Assembly: GCA_964016885.1 (NCBI GenBank)
Contig: OZ024740.1
Coordinates: forward strand, 140,120,001-140,184,000
Direction of reading: 5' to 3'
DNA: 64,000 nucleotides
Origin: Eledone cirrhosa
Lineage: Eukaryota
Shown here: in pieces, positions 27,636 through 40,894 of the stretch
How positions within the stretch are numbered: position 1 is the first letter of the stretch
Layout of the letters: every line of letters begins with the position of its first letter
Notes under the pieces: model-generated
Database searches by the model: none
Told to the model about the DNA's origin: nothing
The model's input: the letters and a program-made list of their open reading frames with translations, nothing else
Made by a program: the position numbers and the translations under genes

Positions 27636-28715
27636 GCCGCAAGGCACCAATCACATTCTTTCTGACTTCACCACTTCCACGTCACAGTTCTTAGCCATTT
27701 TGGCGGGGATCATTTAAGAAAAATCTTCGTCCAAGTGAGTTTGTTTCCTGATGACTTCGAAACTCGTGAATTTATCCTTGATCGGATATTTCCAAAATGC
27801 GAATGAAACCTCATGGTGTAGAAACATCATTTTGGTATGCTTATATACATTTTTTCTTCTAACTTTGATTTTATACCTAATTGTGTAGGGTTGACGATAT
27901 ATTTAATTGATTTACACGTGCTATTAGAAATGCTGGGTAAATATTCTATATTGTGTATATGTAAATCTTTATATATATATATATATATATATATTCATAA
28001 ATACATTGTATATTGCCAATAAACATTAACCCTTTGTGCGCCATTCATCTAACTGTAGACCAATAAATACCAAGTAAACGGAGCGTTACAAGAACGATGG
28101 CGAATGAATCTTCGAGGTAAGCAGTTTCCTCCCGAGCTGTTAGTTCACGCGGGATTCTCTGCTACACCTTTTCGTAATAATACCGAACAACGTTCTGCTG
28201 GTCACTCCTTCCTCCAAAAGCCGTACAAAGCGGACATGTGCATCGGGTAGATGGATTGGGTGCAAATCTATACCAAGCCTACGCAAGAAATTCGCAAGGA
28301 ACTGCACCGAGAGGGATAAAGAGAAAGAGTAACATAGTGGAAAGAGTGCGAATGAACTTTTGAGGTAAGTAGCCTACGCCTTACTGCTATGACACTGGAA
28401 CCTTCTGCCAACTTAACCTGTGACTTTCTCTTTTACATTTACTCCAAAAGGCCAAAACAGAGGAGTGTGAAAAGAAGGGGCTCAACAATGCACGTAGACA
28501 GCTAAACTGTACTTTCAACTTCTTAATTTTCTCCAAATAAAACAAGTTTCCTGTCGGTATATTTTCGTGAGTTTTTAACAGGCACTCACAAATAAACATT
28601 TCTCATTGGAGGTGCTATTACCAATGTTCTTACCCGTGCAACGCCGGGATACACTGCTACTCATCATACAAAATTGTTCGTTAATGGCGTTGATGGTCGT
28701 CGTCGTGGTTGTAGC

Positions 28716-28758
<43 letters not shown>

Positions 28759-28782
28759 GCGCGCATATATATATATGTATAC

Positions 28783-28813
<31 letters not shown>

Positions 28814-28827
28814 TGTATGTATATATG

Positions 28828-28888
<61 letters not shown>

Positions 28889-28889
<1 letters not shown>

Positions 28890-28925
28890 CTAGCTGGCCC
28901 GTCCGGCTGGCACTCGGCTAGGTAT
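28889..28925 (-). mobile_element. Possible Helitron 3' terminus
   Basis: Minus strand ends in GC-rich gccgagtgccagccggacgggccagCTAG followed by T. Confidence 0.35.
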
Positions 28926-29111
28926 ACCTGCCCCCACCACTCCACTGCAAAGATACCCTCCCGTGTCAAATTGTCCTTGCGACTCTCTCTCTCTCTCTGA
29001 ATAACTAACACTTTAATTGCATCTCTCTCTGTCCAACGGCCTATCTCTCTCTTCTCCCCTTCCTCTGTTTTTCTGTCTCTCTCTGTAGATGTGTGTGTGT
29101 AGTTTTCCTAA

Positions 29112-29159
<48 letters not shown>

Positions 29160-30089
29160 TTTTCTCTCTCTATGTCACTCACTCACTCTCTTTTTCTTTC
29201 ATTTGTTCCTTGTCATTACCATGTAAGGAAAGTAATTAACAGGCAGCTGCATTAATATATCACAGAAAAACTTTCATAACCCTAGCATACTCCTTATTAA
29301 TCTCGTGCGTTTAGATATAAAATGACGTTAATTCTTAACATCCTGCAATGATTCAGAAGATGTCGAAAAATGGGTTTGTTAATTCATATGTTTATCGTAT
29401 CTTTAATAGCACTGTGAACATTTGTAATATTACGTTAAACAATTTAATATCTAATATCAGGCAGACACTTATGTTAAACATAATGTTTCATTTGCGTGAT
29501 TGTTAAAGGACACTAACATCCTGTTACGATTTAGCAGAAAATGCTTTTAAAAAAGGTTTGTTTGTTAAAATGTTTATAGTATTTTTACTAGTGCCGAAAT
29601 CGTTGTGAAAATGTGTAATATTAGAGTAAAGACTGTAGTTTTCCATGTTATGTAGCCATAGTGCTCTTTGGTACTTTTCAAGAATGTTTTGCTAATACGG
29701 TTTGATATGGTAGATGATTTTAAGAGTTAACATAAAGTCTTTTAACTTACCAATGCCTCTGAATACTTCAGCGAATTATTTATTAATTGAATTATATTTT
29801 GTTGTTGAGAATGTATTAATGTGGTTTATTGAATTAAGCAATTTTTTGCCACCCACTGATACTGCAATCTACTTCACTACCAAAACTTTCACAAAGATAA
29901 CGCTAACGATGATAAAACAAAAAACAAAACAAAAAAAAATGATTTCAAAGCTAACCATAAGACCACAAATTCAGGAGGAGTTATCGTAGGTTTTTAATCT
30001 TCTGTATGAGTTAATTGTTACCCTTTGTATCAATACCAAGAAAATGAAAGATAAAGTGGACCACATAGGGATTTAAACTAAGAACGACA

Positions 30090-30277
30090 AATAATTGTTT
30101 CTACTATTGGCACAAGGCCAGCAATTATTCCAGTGCATTACTGGTACTTTATTTTATCGACCCCGTAAGGATGAAAGGAAAAGTTAACCTCGGCGGGATT
30201 TGAACTCAGAATGGCAAGGGCCGTAACTCTATGCGTCAAAGCATGGCGTCCGACCCTCTACCGATACTGCCAATTCA
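30090..30277 (-). mobile_element. Young SINE family A copy with 19-bp target-site duplication, inserted at older related SINE remnants
   Basis: actaagaacgacaaataat at 30077-30095 and 30277-30295; diverged relatives at 30030-30076 and 30296-30480. Confidence 0.9.
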
Positions 30278-31457
30278 CTAAGAACGACAAATAATGTTTT
30301 CTAATTTAGGCACAATCCCAACAATGTTCAGGGGAGAAGAAGATCGTTAAATCAACCCAAATCGACTGATATTCTATTTTATCAACCTCGAGAGGATGAA
30401 GGAAAAGTTTGCCTAGGCGAGATTTAAATGTAAAGAGCTGGAAGAAATATCACAAGGCATTTCGTCCGACGCTCTAACAATAATTTCTAATTTTGGTACA
30501 AGACTAGCGATCTTGTTGGGAAAGGAAAGTCGATTATATATAAATTTGCATATCTAACGAGATGTCGAAAAAGAGTCGGGCCCTGTCATCTTGATTGTAC
30601 CCTGAGCTGATCGATATCGCAACAAATGTAATATACCAATGAAGTTTGTACATATGCTATATATATATATGTCATTTTATACATATATATATATATATAT
30701 ATAGGAACGAGTAGGACCCCGACGGCTGAGCTCAAGCCGTTTCGACGGCTAATTCTGGACTAGCCGTCGAGTAGAAATTAGCGAAACGCAACTTCCGAAT
30801 TGTGTTGGCGAGCGCTCAATGGATATGAATATACCAGAGCTATAAACATAAGTTTAAAAGGCCATACACAACTGAGACGATGGTTAAGAAGCCATTAACC
30901 ACCTAAGCCAAAAAAGCGAGCAAGCTAAGCAGGTGAAACAAAATAAGATATGATTGAAATATTTACCCGGACCATCGGGAATGATGGTATAATCCGATAT
31001 AGGGTTTTTGCGACACCTAAATCAATATTACTGTCTGCTTATAAAAAATAATAAGCTTTTAGTATAATGATCGAACAAGGATATCACTTTCTCAACAGGT
31101 ATTTTGTTCTGCGTGCGCCAGGATCCCACAGTGTTCGAAAGCACATGTGAAGTCCAAAGGGGAGAAAAGCCCTATTTTGGCAAATGAATTCAGTATGTGT
31201 AGTCATTGCAAACATTTGCAAACAAACACAAAACGAATTAAGCTCTCGACCGAGTAGTTTTTAAAATAAACTTAAGCGATTAATCAGTCAATAGAATTAA
31301 CTAAAAAAATCAAAAAAAATAACTGGTTAATCGCTTGACTTGGGAGATTAATACAAATATACATTTAGCGAGAATCGCATTTCGGCGAGTAGAAATTAGC
31401 GAAACGCAACTTCCGAATTGTGTTGGCGAGCGCTCAATGGATATGAATATACCAGAG

Positions 31458-31517
<60 letters not shown>

Positions 31518-31944
31518 GGGAATGGGTCAGGCTGTAGATTATTAAGCAATGGGGTCGTAGTCGCAGCAGATATATATTGTTTATTGTCTATTCTTATACA
31601 GAAACTGCGTAATATACGGCTGCAGTTTGAAAAAGTCTATCAGCCCCATGTTCATATTTAGAGCGGGCTGGTGGTTAGATTTGCGGAGTTTGAGTCAGGA
31701 AATGGATGATGTTTGAGATAAGAATTATGGATGATGTCGTGGATCTAGTATAGACATTTAGTTTGTAATTAGATGTGCTTTAATGGGTGTATTAGTTACG
31801 TGTTTGGCATTTGATGGTCGTATCCACTGGGTGTTTTGTTTATTATTGGCTTTAGTTTCGGAGTGTATTATTTACGTACAGGGTCATTCGGTGATTACTT
31901 TGCATTTGTTCTCGGTGTATCTACATATATATTTATGTATTTGA

Positions 31945-33000
31945 TGGTCCTACTTCCTTATTTACATGTGCTAAATCGAAATCATTCAATGTAAGAGTCG
32001 GACTCCGCCAAGGGTGCTTACTGTCACCTCTCCTGTTCGTTATTTTCGTGAACAGGATTAGCATGCACAGCCGGGTTGGAAGTCGTATCAAGACTGGCGG
32101 GTGTAAAATCAGTCAGCTAGAGCTTGCAGACGACTTAATGCTAGTTAACTCGACAGAATGTGATCTCCGATTTACATTTGATAGGTTTGATGCCGAATGC
32201 TGCATAGCTGGAATGAAAATCAGTGCTGCGAAAACTGAAACACTCGTCCTCTCAAGGAAGCCTGCGCAGTGCACTCGACATGTGAATGGAGTTCCACTGA
32301 AACAGATAGAGAAGTTCAAGTATCTCGGAGCTGTGTTTACGAGTGATAGAAGGCAGGGGGCTGAATTAAGTGCAAACATTGTAGGAGCTGGAGCAGTAAT
32401 GCGCCAGCTTCAGCATTCGCTAATCAGAAGGGAGGGAGGTGTAAAAGCCAAACTCTCTATCTTCAATTCGATATTCGTACCGACCCTTACATATGGTCGT
32501 AAATCTTAGATAATGTCCGAAAGAATAGATCGTGAATACAAGCAGCCAAATGGGGTTCTTTGGAATAATGTTACCCGATAGAGTGCGTAGCTCGGTGATC
32601 AGAGAGTGACTCCGGGTAGAGCCTCTACTTCTCCGAATTGAGAGATCACAGCTCTGATACTATGTGGTTAGAATGTGTCAGGAAAGAATCACTAGACAGA
32701 TTTTATGGGAAAAACCAACCGGCAAGAGGCCCAGGGGTAGACCCCGAGCAAGATAGTTGGACAACGCCCATGAGCTTAACTGGTCTCGCTTGGGAATCCA
32801 GCCAGATCAGTTGGAGACGGTTGCTTCTGACAGGACCCACTGGAAGGAGTGTTTGAGAACACTGTCACCATGACCCTCTCAAGAAGAAGAAGAAGAAGAA
32901 GAAGAAGAAGAAGAAGAAGAAGAAGAAGAAGAAGAAGAAGAAGAAGAAGAAGAAGAAGAAGAAGAAGAAGAAGAAGAAGAAGAAGAAGAAGAAGAAGAAG

Positions 33001-33031
<31 letters not shown>

Positions 33032-33039
33032 TATATCTA
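31945..33039 (+). mobile_element. 5'-truncated RTE-type LINE with ~50-unit (AAG)n tail
   Basis: GLRQGCLLSPLLF, LELADDLML, GMKISAAKTE, FKYLGAVFT, IFVPTLTYG; tail at 32881-33030. Confidence 0.88.
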
Positions 33040-33562
33040 AAGGGACGTAACTATGCTGCTAAGCATCGCATCCGACCCTCTACCGACACTGCCAAAGATA
33101 ATAATAATAACAATGTTAACAATAACAACGATGATGATGATGATGATGATGGTGATGATGGTGATGATGGTGATGATGAAGAGGAGGGGGGAGCAGGATT
33201 CTGCCATTATCTACCTTATCACTTCTGAAGAATAACAATAGCAATGATAATAAAAAGTAATAATATTAATAATGACAACAACAACAACCATAACGACGAC
33301 AACGTGAAGGAGGAGGAATATAATGTTAACAAATACAAAAGAGAATTATCTTTAAGAGGAACAATCATCTTCTTAATTTCATAGTTGAATGGAAGAGCAA
33401 TTATGTATGGAATAAGTGAAGTGTCGCAAGTGTCAACATATCAATCCGTGAATACCCAGGGTAGGTGGGAGGAGTTGGAAAGTTTAGTGGTATAAAGTGA
33501 GGGTGGGTGGAATGACATGATGATGGCAATAGTCGAAATAACTGTTGCTTTATTCCATTGTT

Positions 33563-33626
<64 letters not shown>

Positions 33627-33643
33627 ATATATATATATATGTA

Positions 33644-33770
<127 letters not shown>

Positions 33771-33789
33771 ATATATATATGTATATATG

Positions 33790-33920
<131 letters not shown>

Positions 33921-33949
33921 ATATATATATATGTATATATGTATATATG

Positions 33950-34003
<54 letters not shown>

Positions 34004-34857
34004 ATACATTAACAGAGAAAGCTTTAAGCAATACTCCGACCGGCTTCCGTCTCACTCAACAAACATTAGGATATACCTTAGTATAATCCCAATTTTACGT
34101 TTGGGGTGCTAACTATATGTATTTTGCGGAAAGCCAGTTGTATTATTTTATATGAGACATAATTAAAATACATCTCCCTTTCCAAACAATTGTTTCATTA
34201 TAAGTTTTCTACAAATTGGGAAAATATGTCCAGGTTATGTAGAAGCCTACACATAGTCCGTAGGAATATATGCAGGTGGGCACTTATAAATGGTCAGTGG
34301 ATGCCCGTCGAACATCGATATGAAAAATTTTTTTTACCGATATCCCATGTTCAGCGATGGTGCCCTTCCGTGTCAGAATGACCGCCAAATTTGAAATTCC
34401 AGCAGTCTCAGAATGACAAATTTCACACTGTCATCAAGCGGAAAGGGGAGGTCATCGCAAAACATAAGAGAATAAAATAATATGCACGCGGGTCAATTAA
34501 TTCTTTCAATAATTTTAACCTTGCGTGTGAAGAACTCAATTAGATTTTAAAAAATAAATATATGCATGTATTATTTATACACGCATATAGGTATTTTCTT
34601 AGGCTAAAAATAGAGATAAGATACCAGAATAACAATCAATATTTCATACAAATAATAAATACGGAAAGTTACACTTAAAAGGAATCTGGAAATATTCATC
34701 TCGGGCCAAATCAAGAGTATAATATTTAATACATTAACAGAGAAAGCTTTAAGCAATACTCCGACCGGCTTCCGTCTCACTCAACAAACTTTAGGATATA
34801 CCTTAGTATAATCCCAATTTTACGTTTGGGGTGCTAACTATATGTATTTTGCGGACA

Positions 34858-34933
<76 letters not shown>

Positions 34934-35021
34934 AATTGGTCTACCCACTACTAATTTTCATAGAAAAAGCATATAACGATATGTGCTTTTACAATTCTCC
35001 AGAGAAGCCGGAAGATGGGTA

Positions 35022-35066
35022 AATATTGCTGATGAGATGTAATAACATCGAAACTAGTCCAATATT
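35022..35066 (+). ncRNA. Canonical type-I hammerhead ribozyme (predicted cleavage after GUC, 35059)
   Basis: aatattg-CTGATGA-gatgt aata acatc-GAAA-ctag-TC-caatatt: perfect 7-bp stem I, 5-bp stem II, palindromic stem III. Confidence 0.85.
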
Positions 35067-35350
35067 CCTGTCTGGCTCTCTGGAGAGTAGAGGAAATGTA
35101 TTTCCTTGAAAACTCGTATGACTCTAAAACCCGGTCCGTCTGTGTGGTTACATACAGACTAGCTGACACTCACTGTAAAGTGTCTAGTGAAAAACTCAGT
35201 ACATGTACATATGTATACATGTGTGTATTTATATGCATACTAATACTTCCGTATACATATGTAGATGTACACTTTAACTTAATTGTTTAAGCGTCAGTCA
35301 TACAAAAGTGAGTTAGAAGCGAAACGAAATTTAATTTCGTTTCGTTATTT

Positions 35351-35426
<76 letters not shown>

Positions 35427-35577
35427 TAGTCATTGGTGTTGTTGTTGACATCCGAAGATGGCCACAGATAGTTATTGTGATACCTAATAACTGTCTACAG
35501 ACCTTTTTTATTATTCCCATTTCCTATTGTAGTTGTTATTATTATTACTACTATTATTATTATTATTATTAATAATA

Positions 35578-35800
35578 GGGCGGTCGATTGGCAGTATCCA
35601 TAGTGTGTCGGACACCATGCTTTGCAGCATAAAGTTACGACCTTTTACGTTCTGATTTCAAATCCCGCTGAGGTTAGCTTTGCCTTTCGTCCTTACGGAG
35701 TCGATAAAACAAAGTACTAGTAACAAACTGAGGTTGATTTAATAGACTCTCCCTTGGCCAAAATGGTTGGCCTTGTGCCTAAATCAGAAACCATTATTAT
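35578..35800 (+). mobile_element. SINE family A-related copy; older copies at 55700-55852 (-) and 56500-56715 (+)
   Basis: Same tRNA head, core and tail motifs with higher divergence. Confidence 0.75.
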
Positions 35801-36144
35801 AATCTTATAATCTTTGACGTCGTCGTCGTTATTGTCAAAAATATTATTATTTCAGAAAATAAATTTTTGAAACGCTATATCCATTGTATTATTAATTTCT
35901 CACACAAATGGCTGCAATGTCCATACTTAGCATGTAAAACTACACCTGTGTAGAAAGTTACGAAGACTCTAAACACTGTTGGTAAAGTAGAAAGGAAAAA
36001 GATCCTTGTTATAATTATTAGGTTCACCGGAACCAGAGCTTACCCGGCATCCTGACACAAAGAAACTGTGCCTCGATCATTCAGTCTGTATCCCAGCAAA
36101 GTATTGAATACTCTTTGACCTATTCGTTTCCACTAACATGTATG

Positions 36145-36279
<135 letters not shown>

Positions 36280-36462
36280 TTAAACAGAAATAACAAAGCA
36301 AACGACACAGTATAATGAAGAAATATATTAGTTTAACGCTTGAAATAATATATGCATACATATACATACATATACAGACATACATGTACCTGAATATATA
36401 TATAAATTAATAAAAACAATGAATAAAAACAAAGAAACAGTTCCTTATATTAAAAAATTCAC

Positions 36463-36594
36463 CATTTTACGATCGTTTCTAGGATATATATGTGTGTGTT
36501 TGTATGTATATCATATAGATCTATGTAAAAATTTTACAAACTATCAGAGAAAATATACATACTTACACATATATATGCTGTCTTCGGAAATAAT
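36463..36594 (-). ncRNA. Long-stem-II HHR, U4C lesion (CCGAAGA)
   Basis: Inverted partner of 36596-36740. Confidence 0.5.
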
Positions 36595-36595
36595 A

Positions 36596-36740
36596 CATTA
36601 TTTCTGAAGACAGCGTATATATGTGTAGGTATGTATATTTTCTCTGATAGTTTGTAAAATTTTTACAAATTTTAACATTTTCTATATGATATACATACCA
36701 ACACACACATATATATCCTAGAAACGATCGTAAAATGATG
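36596..36740 (+). ncRNA. Long-stem-II hammerhead ribozyme
   Basis: cattattt-CTGAAGA-cagcgtatatatgtgt...acacatatatatccta-GAAA-cgatcg-TA-aaatgatg. Confidence 0.68.
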
Positions 36741-36927
36741 AATTTTTTAATATAAGGAACTGTTTCTTTGTTTTTATTCATTGTTTTTTATTAATTTATC
36801 TTAACTCTGTTTTCTTGTGATTTTCATCGAAAAAGTTTTTGAATACATCTTCTCTTTTCATGATATTTGGATTACATTGGGTTCTTCATACGGATTTGAC
36901 ACTACCGTATATTTTGGTAGATTTATC

Positions 36928-37004
<77 letters not shown>

Positions 37005-37415
37005 TAAAATAACAGATTAAAGTTTAAGCAAAGAATCGCTGCTTTCACCCTTAACGGGATCTTCTGAAACTAAAAAAGTCAATGTATAAACGCAGAAGTA
37101 AATATTTCAAAAAACGTTGCAACCGAAGGAAGACAGGAAGACGATACTTTGGTTCGTGGAAACGTTCCCTGGCAATGAACGGATAAAAACGAATATAATA
37201 CGTCATTATTTGGTGCCACAGGCTGAAAAATGTAGCTGGCGGCCAGCTACATTTTTCAGCCTGTGGCTTTCGAGACGTCTGGGGGAGTCGGGCCGCTGAC
37301 TGCGAGGTGCCTTTCCTCACTGGCGGCTCGCATAATAGAGGTGACTATATATAATAGAGGTATATATAATAGACTATATATAATAGAGGTAAATATATAT
37401 ATAAACGAATTCGTA

Positions 37416-37455
<40 letters not shown>

Positions 37456-37459
37456 TATA

Positions 37460-37696
37460 TGTACATACACAAGCGCACAGACACATACACAGACGTCAGT
37501 ACTCACACACACACACATACATACACACATGTAAGTATATATATACTTACATGTGTGTATGTATGTGTGTGTGTGTGAGTACTGACGTCTGTGTATGTGT
37601 GTGCGCTTGTGTTTATATATATATATATATATATACTTACATGTGTGTATGTATGTGTGTGTGAGTACTGACGTGTGTATGTGTCTGTGCGCTTGT

Positions 37697-37727
<31 letters not shown>

Positions 37728-38152
37728 CTTACGTGTGTGTATGTATGTGTGTGTGTGTGAGTACTGACGTGTGTATGTGTCTGTGCGCTTGTGTTTATAT
37801 ATATATATATAGTTACATGTGTGTATGTATGTGTGTGTGTGTGTGAGTACTGACGTGTGTATGTGTCTGTGCGCTTGTGTTTATATATATATATATATAT
37901 ACTTACATGTGTGTATGTATGTGTGTGTGTGAGTACTGACGTCTGTGTATGTGTCTGTGCGCTTGTGTTTATATATATATATAGTTACATGTGTGTATGT
38001 ATGTGTGTGTGTGTGAGTACTGACGTCTGTGTATGTGTCTGTGCGCTTGTGTTTATATATATATATATATATACTTACATGTGTGTATGTATGTGTGTGT
38101 GTGTGTGAGTACTGACGTCTGTGTATGTGTCTGTGCGCTTGTGTATGTACAC
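37460..38152. repeat. Composite minisatellite (~7 units of ~85 bp) preceded by one inverted unit
   Basis: Unit ttacatgtgtgtatgtat(gt)n-gagtactgacgt.tgtgtatgtgtctgtgcgcttgtgttt(at)n; 37460-37540 is an inverted unit. Confidence 0.88.
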
Positions 38153-38262
38153 ACACCTATATAGACATATATACGTATTCGTTCATTCCACTGCACATTC
38201 CATCTATTTATCATATTTATTATCGTTCTATTTGACAGTGATCATCTCACCCCACCGCACGT

Positions 38263-38278
38263 ACTCTCTCGCACTCCT

Positions 38279-38319
<41 letters not shown>

Positions 38320-38321
38320 CT

Positions 38322-38357
<36 letters not shown>

Positions 38358-38498
38358 CTCCTCTCTCTTTCTCTCTATCTCTCTCTCGCACTCCTTCTCT
38401 CTCTCTCTCTCTATCTATCTCTCTCTCGCACTCCTCTCTCTCTATATATATATATCTCTCTCGCACTCCTTCTCTCTCTCTCTCTCTCTCGCACTCCT

Positions 38499-38537
<39 letters not shown>

Positions 38538-38571
38538 CTCCCCTCTCTCTCTCTCTCTCTCTCGCACTCCT

Positions 38572-38604
<33 letters not shown>

Positions 38605-38701
38605 CTCTATCTATCTATCTCTCTCTCTCTCTCTCTCGCACTCCTTCTCTCTCTCTCTCTCTCTATCTCTATCTCTATCTCTCTCTCACTCCTTCTCTCT
38701 C

Positions 38702-38744
<43 letters not shown>

Positions 38745-38788
38745 TTCTCTCTCTCTCTCTCTCTCTCTTTCACTCTCTCTCTCTCTCA
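38263..38788. repeat. (CT)n array punctuated by cgcactcctt
   Basis: About 12 cgcactcc(tt)/cactcctt motifs separated by variable (ct)n. Confidence 0.85.
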
Positions 38789-38800
38789 GTAATTACTCCC

Positions 38801-40564
38801 ATGGCTTTAAACTCTTTTACATTCTTTCTTTCCCTCCTTACTTTTCAATGGTCTATTTCCATGTCTGCCAAGTTGATAGACACCACTGTGATCACCATCA
38901 ACAACAACGTTACCACCACCATCACGCCGAACAACAACACCACCATTCTCACCGTCATTGGCATCATAACTGCCACCACCACCATTGCCAACAACATCAG
39001 TAGCACCAACCCCACCCCCATCACCACCAATGTCACCACCTCCACCACCATCACCACCACTACAAACAACAACATCAGTAGCACCAACCCCACCCCCATC
39101 ACCACCAATGTCACCACCTCCACCACCACCACCACCACCACTACAAACAACATCAGTAGCACCAACCCCACCACCATCACCACCAATGTCACCACCTCCA
39201 CCACCATCACCACCACTACAAACAACAACATCAGTAGCACCAACCCCACCACCATCACCACCAATGTCACCACCTCCACCACCATCACCACCACTACAAA
39301 CAACAACATCAGTAGCACCAACCCCACCACCATCACCACCAATGTCACCACCTCCACCACCATCACCACCACTACAAACAACAACATCAGTAGCACCAAC
39401 CCCACCACCATCACCACCAATGTCACCACCTCCACCACCATCACCACCACTACAAACAACAACATCAGTAGCACCAACCCCACCACCAACCGCACCACCA
39501 TCACCAACCCCACCACCATCACCACCAATGTCACCACCTCCACCACCATCACCACCACTACAAACAACAACATCAGTAGCACCAACCCCACCACCATCAC
39601 CACCAATGTCACCACCACCACCACCATCACCACCACTACAAACAACATCAGTAGCACCAACCCCACCACCAACCCCACCACCATCACCAACCCCACCACC
39701 ATCACCACCAATGTCACCACCTCCACCACCATCACCACCACTACAAACAACAACATCAGTAGCACCAACCCCACCACCAACCCCACCACCATCACCAACC
39801 CACCACCATCACCACCAATGTCACCACCTCCACCACCATCACCAACCCCACCACCATCACCACCAATGTCACCACCTCCACCACCATCACCACCACTACA
39901 AACAACAACATCAGTAGCACCAACCCCACCACCATCACCACCAATGTCACCACCACCACCACCATCACCACCACTACAAACAACATCAGTAGCACCAACC
40001 CCACCACCAACCCCACCACCATCACCAACCCCACCACCATCACCACCAATGTCACCACCTCCACCACCATCACCACCACTACAAACAACAACATCAGTAG
40101 CACCAACCCCACCACCAACCCCACCACCATCACCAACCCCACCACCATCACCACCAATGTCACCACCACCACCACCATCACCACCACTACAAAAAAAAAA
40201 CATCAGTAGCACCAACCCCACCATTTCACCACCAATGTCACCACCACCACCACCACCACTACAAACAACATCAGTAGCACCAACCCCACCACCTCTACCA
40301 CCATCACCACCACTACAAACAACAACATCAGTAGCACCAACCCCACCCCCATCACCACCAATGTCACCACCACCACCACTACAAACAACAACATCAGTAG
40401 CACCAACCCCACCCCCATCACCACCAATGTCACCACCACCACCACTACAAACAACAACATCAGTAGCACCAACCCCACCACCAACCCCACCACCATCACC
40501 ACCACCACCACCACCACTACAACGTATACACAGTTGCCAAACATCTTTTTTAAATATTCTCTAA
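38801..40564 (+). CDS. Candidate secreted mucin-like (Thr-rich) protein or exon, switching to a Pro-rich frame at homopolymer indels
   Basis: ATG plus hydrophobic leader MALNSFTFFLSLLTFQWSISMSA, then 26-aa TNNNISSTNPTTITTNVTTSTTITTT repeats with NIS/NVT sequons. Openness could arise simply from ACC/AAC composition. Confidence 0.35.
   Translation: MALNSFTFFLSLLTFQWSISMSAKLIDTTVITINNNVTTTITPNNNTTILTVIGIITATTTIANNISSTNPTPITTNVTTSTTITTTTNNNISSTNPTPITTNVTTSTTTTTTTTNNISSTNPTTITTNVTTSTTITTTTNNNISSTNPTTITTNVTTSTTITTTTNNNISSTNPTTITTNVTTSTTITTTTNNNISSTNPTTITTNVTTSTTITTTTNNNISSTNPTTNRTTITNPTTITTNVTTSTTITTTTNNNISSTNPTTITTNVTTTTTITTTTNNISSTNPTTNPTTITNPTTITTNVTTSTTITTTTNNNISSTNPTTNPTTITNPPPSPPMSPPPPPSPTPPPSPPMSPPPPPSPPLQTTTSVAPTPPPSPPMSPPPPPSPPLQTTSVAPTPPPTPPPSPTPPPSPPMSPPPPPSPPLQTTTSVAPTPPPTPPPSPTPPPSPPMSPPPPPSPPLQKKNISSTNPTISPPMSPPPPPPLQTTSVAPTPPPLPPSPPLQTTTSVAPTPPPSPPMSPPPPLQTTTSVAPTPPPSPPMSPPPPLQTTTSVAPTPPPTPPPSPPPPPPLQRIHSCQTSFLNIL
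38988..40522. repeat. 78-bp minisatellite built from ACC/AAC/ATC triplets (~17 units)
   Basis: catcagtagc recurs at 38995, 39073, 39151, 39229, 39307, 39385, 39463... Confidence 0.92.
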
Positions 40565-40730
40565 ACCACTTACCCCTCTGGCCTCCCCTTATCTCTTCCT
40601 TATCTCTATGAAATAATTGTTTTATTCAAGCTCCATCACACACACACATCCACACACACGCACTCGCGCGCGCACATATATGTGTGTGTGTGTGTGTATA
40701 TATTCATATATGCTGACACACACACGCACA

Positions 40731-40780
<50 letters not shown>

Positions 40781-40842
40781 CATATATATATAAGCGTGAA
40801 CCTAATAAGACTGTATTTTTGCATCTGTGTTTGTCTTTTATC

Positions 40843-40894
<52 letters not shown>

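Larger units (their letters stand above)
36402..36930. mobile_element. Solo pseudo-LTR of the 12105-15180 PLE family, folded back
   Basis: 36596-36930 is homologous to 14853-15180; 36402-36594 is its inverted copy. Confidence 0.85.

Noticed and set aside
27745-27770. Ultra-minimal HHR-like ttc-CTGATGA-cttc-GAAA-ctcg-t-gaa (also at 7361-7386, minus)
   Set aside because: There is no stem II and no H17 nucleotide in either copy; kept only as a possible degenerate relic.
32849-33040. Poly-Arg ORF
   Set aside because: It is the translation of the LINE (AAG)n tail.
37545-38788. CRISPR-like repeat-spacer arrays
   Set aside because: The spacers are simple microsatellites, the context is eukaryotic, and there are no cas genes.
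38845-40224. Minus-strand Val/Gly-rich 459-aa ORF
   Set aside because: It is the antisense shadow of the ACC-based minisatellite.
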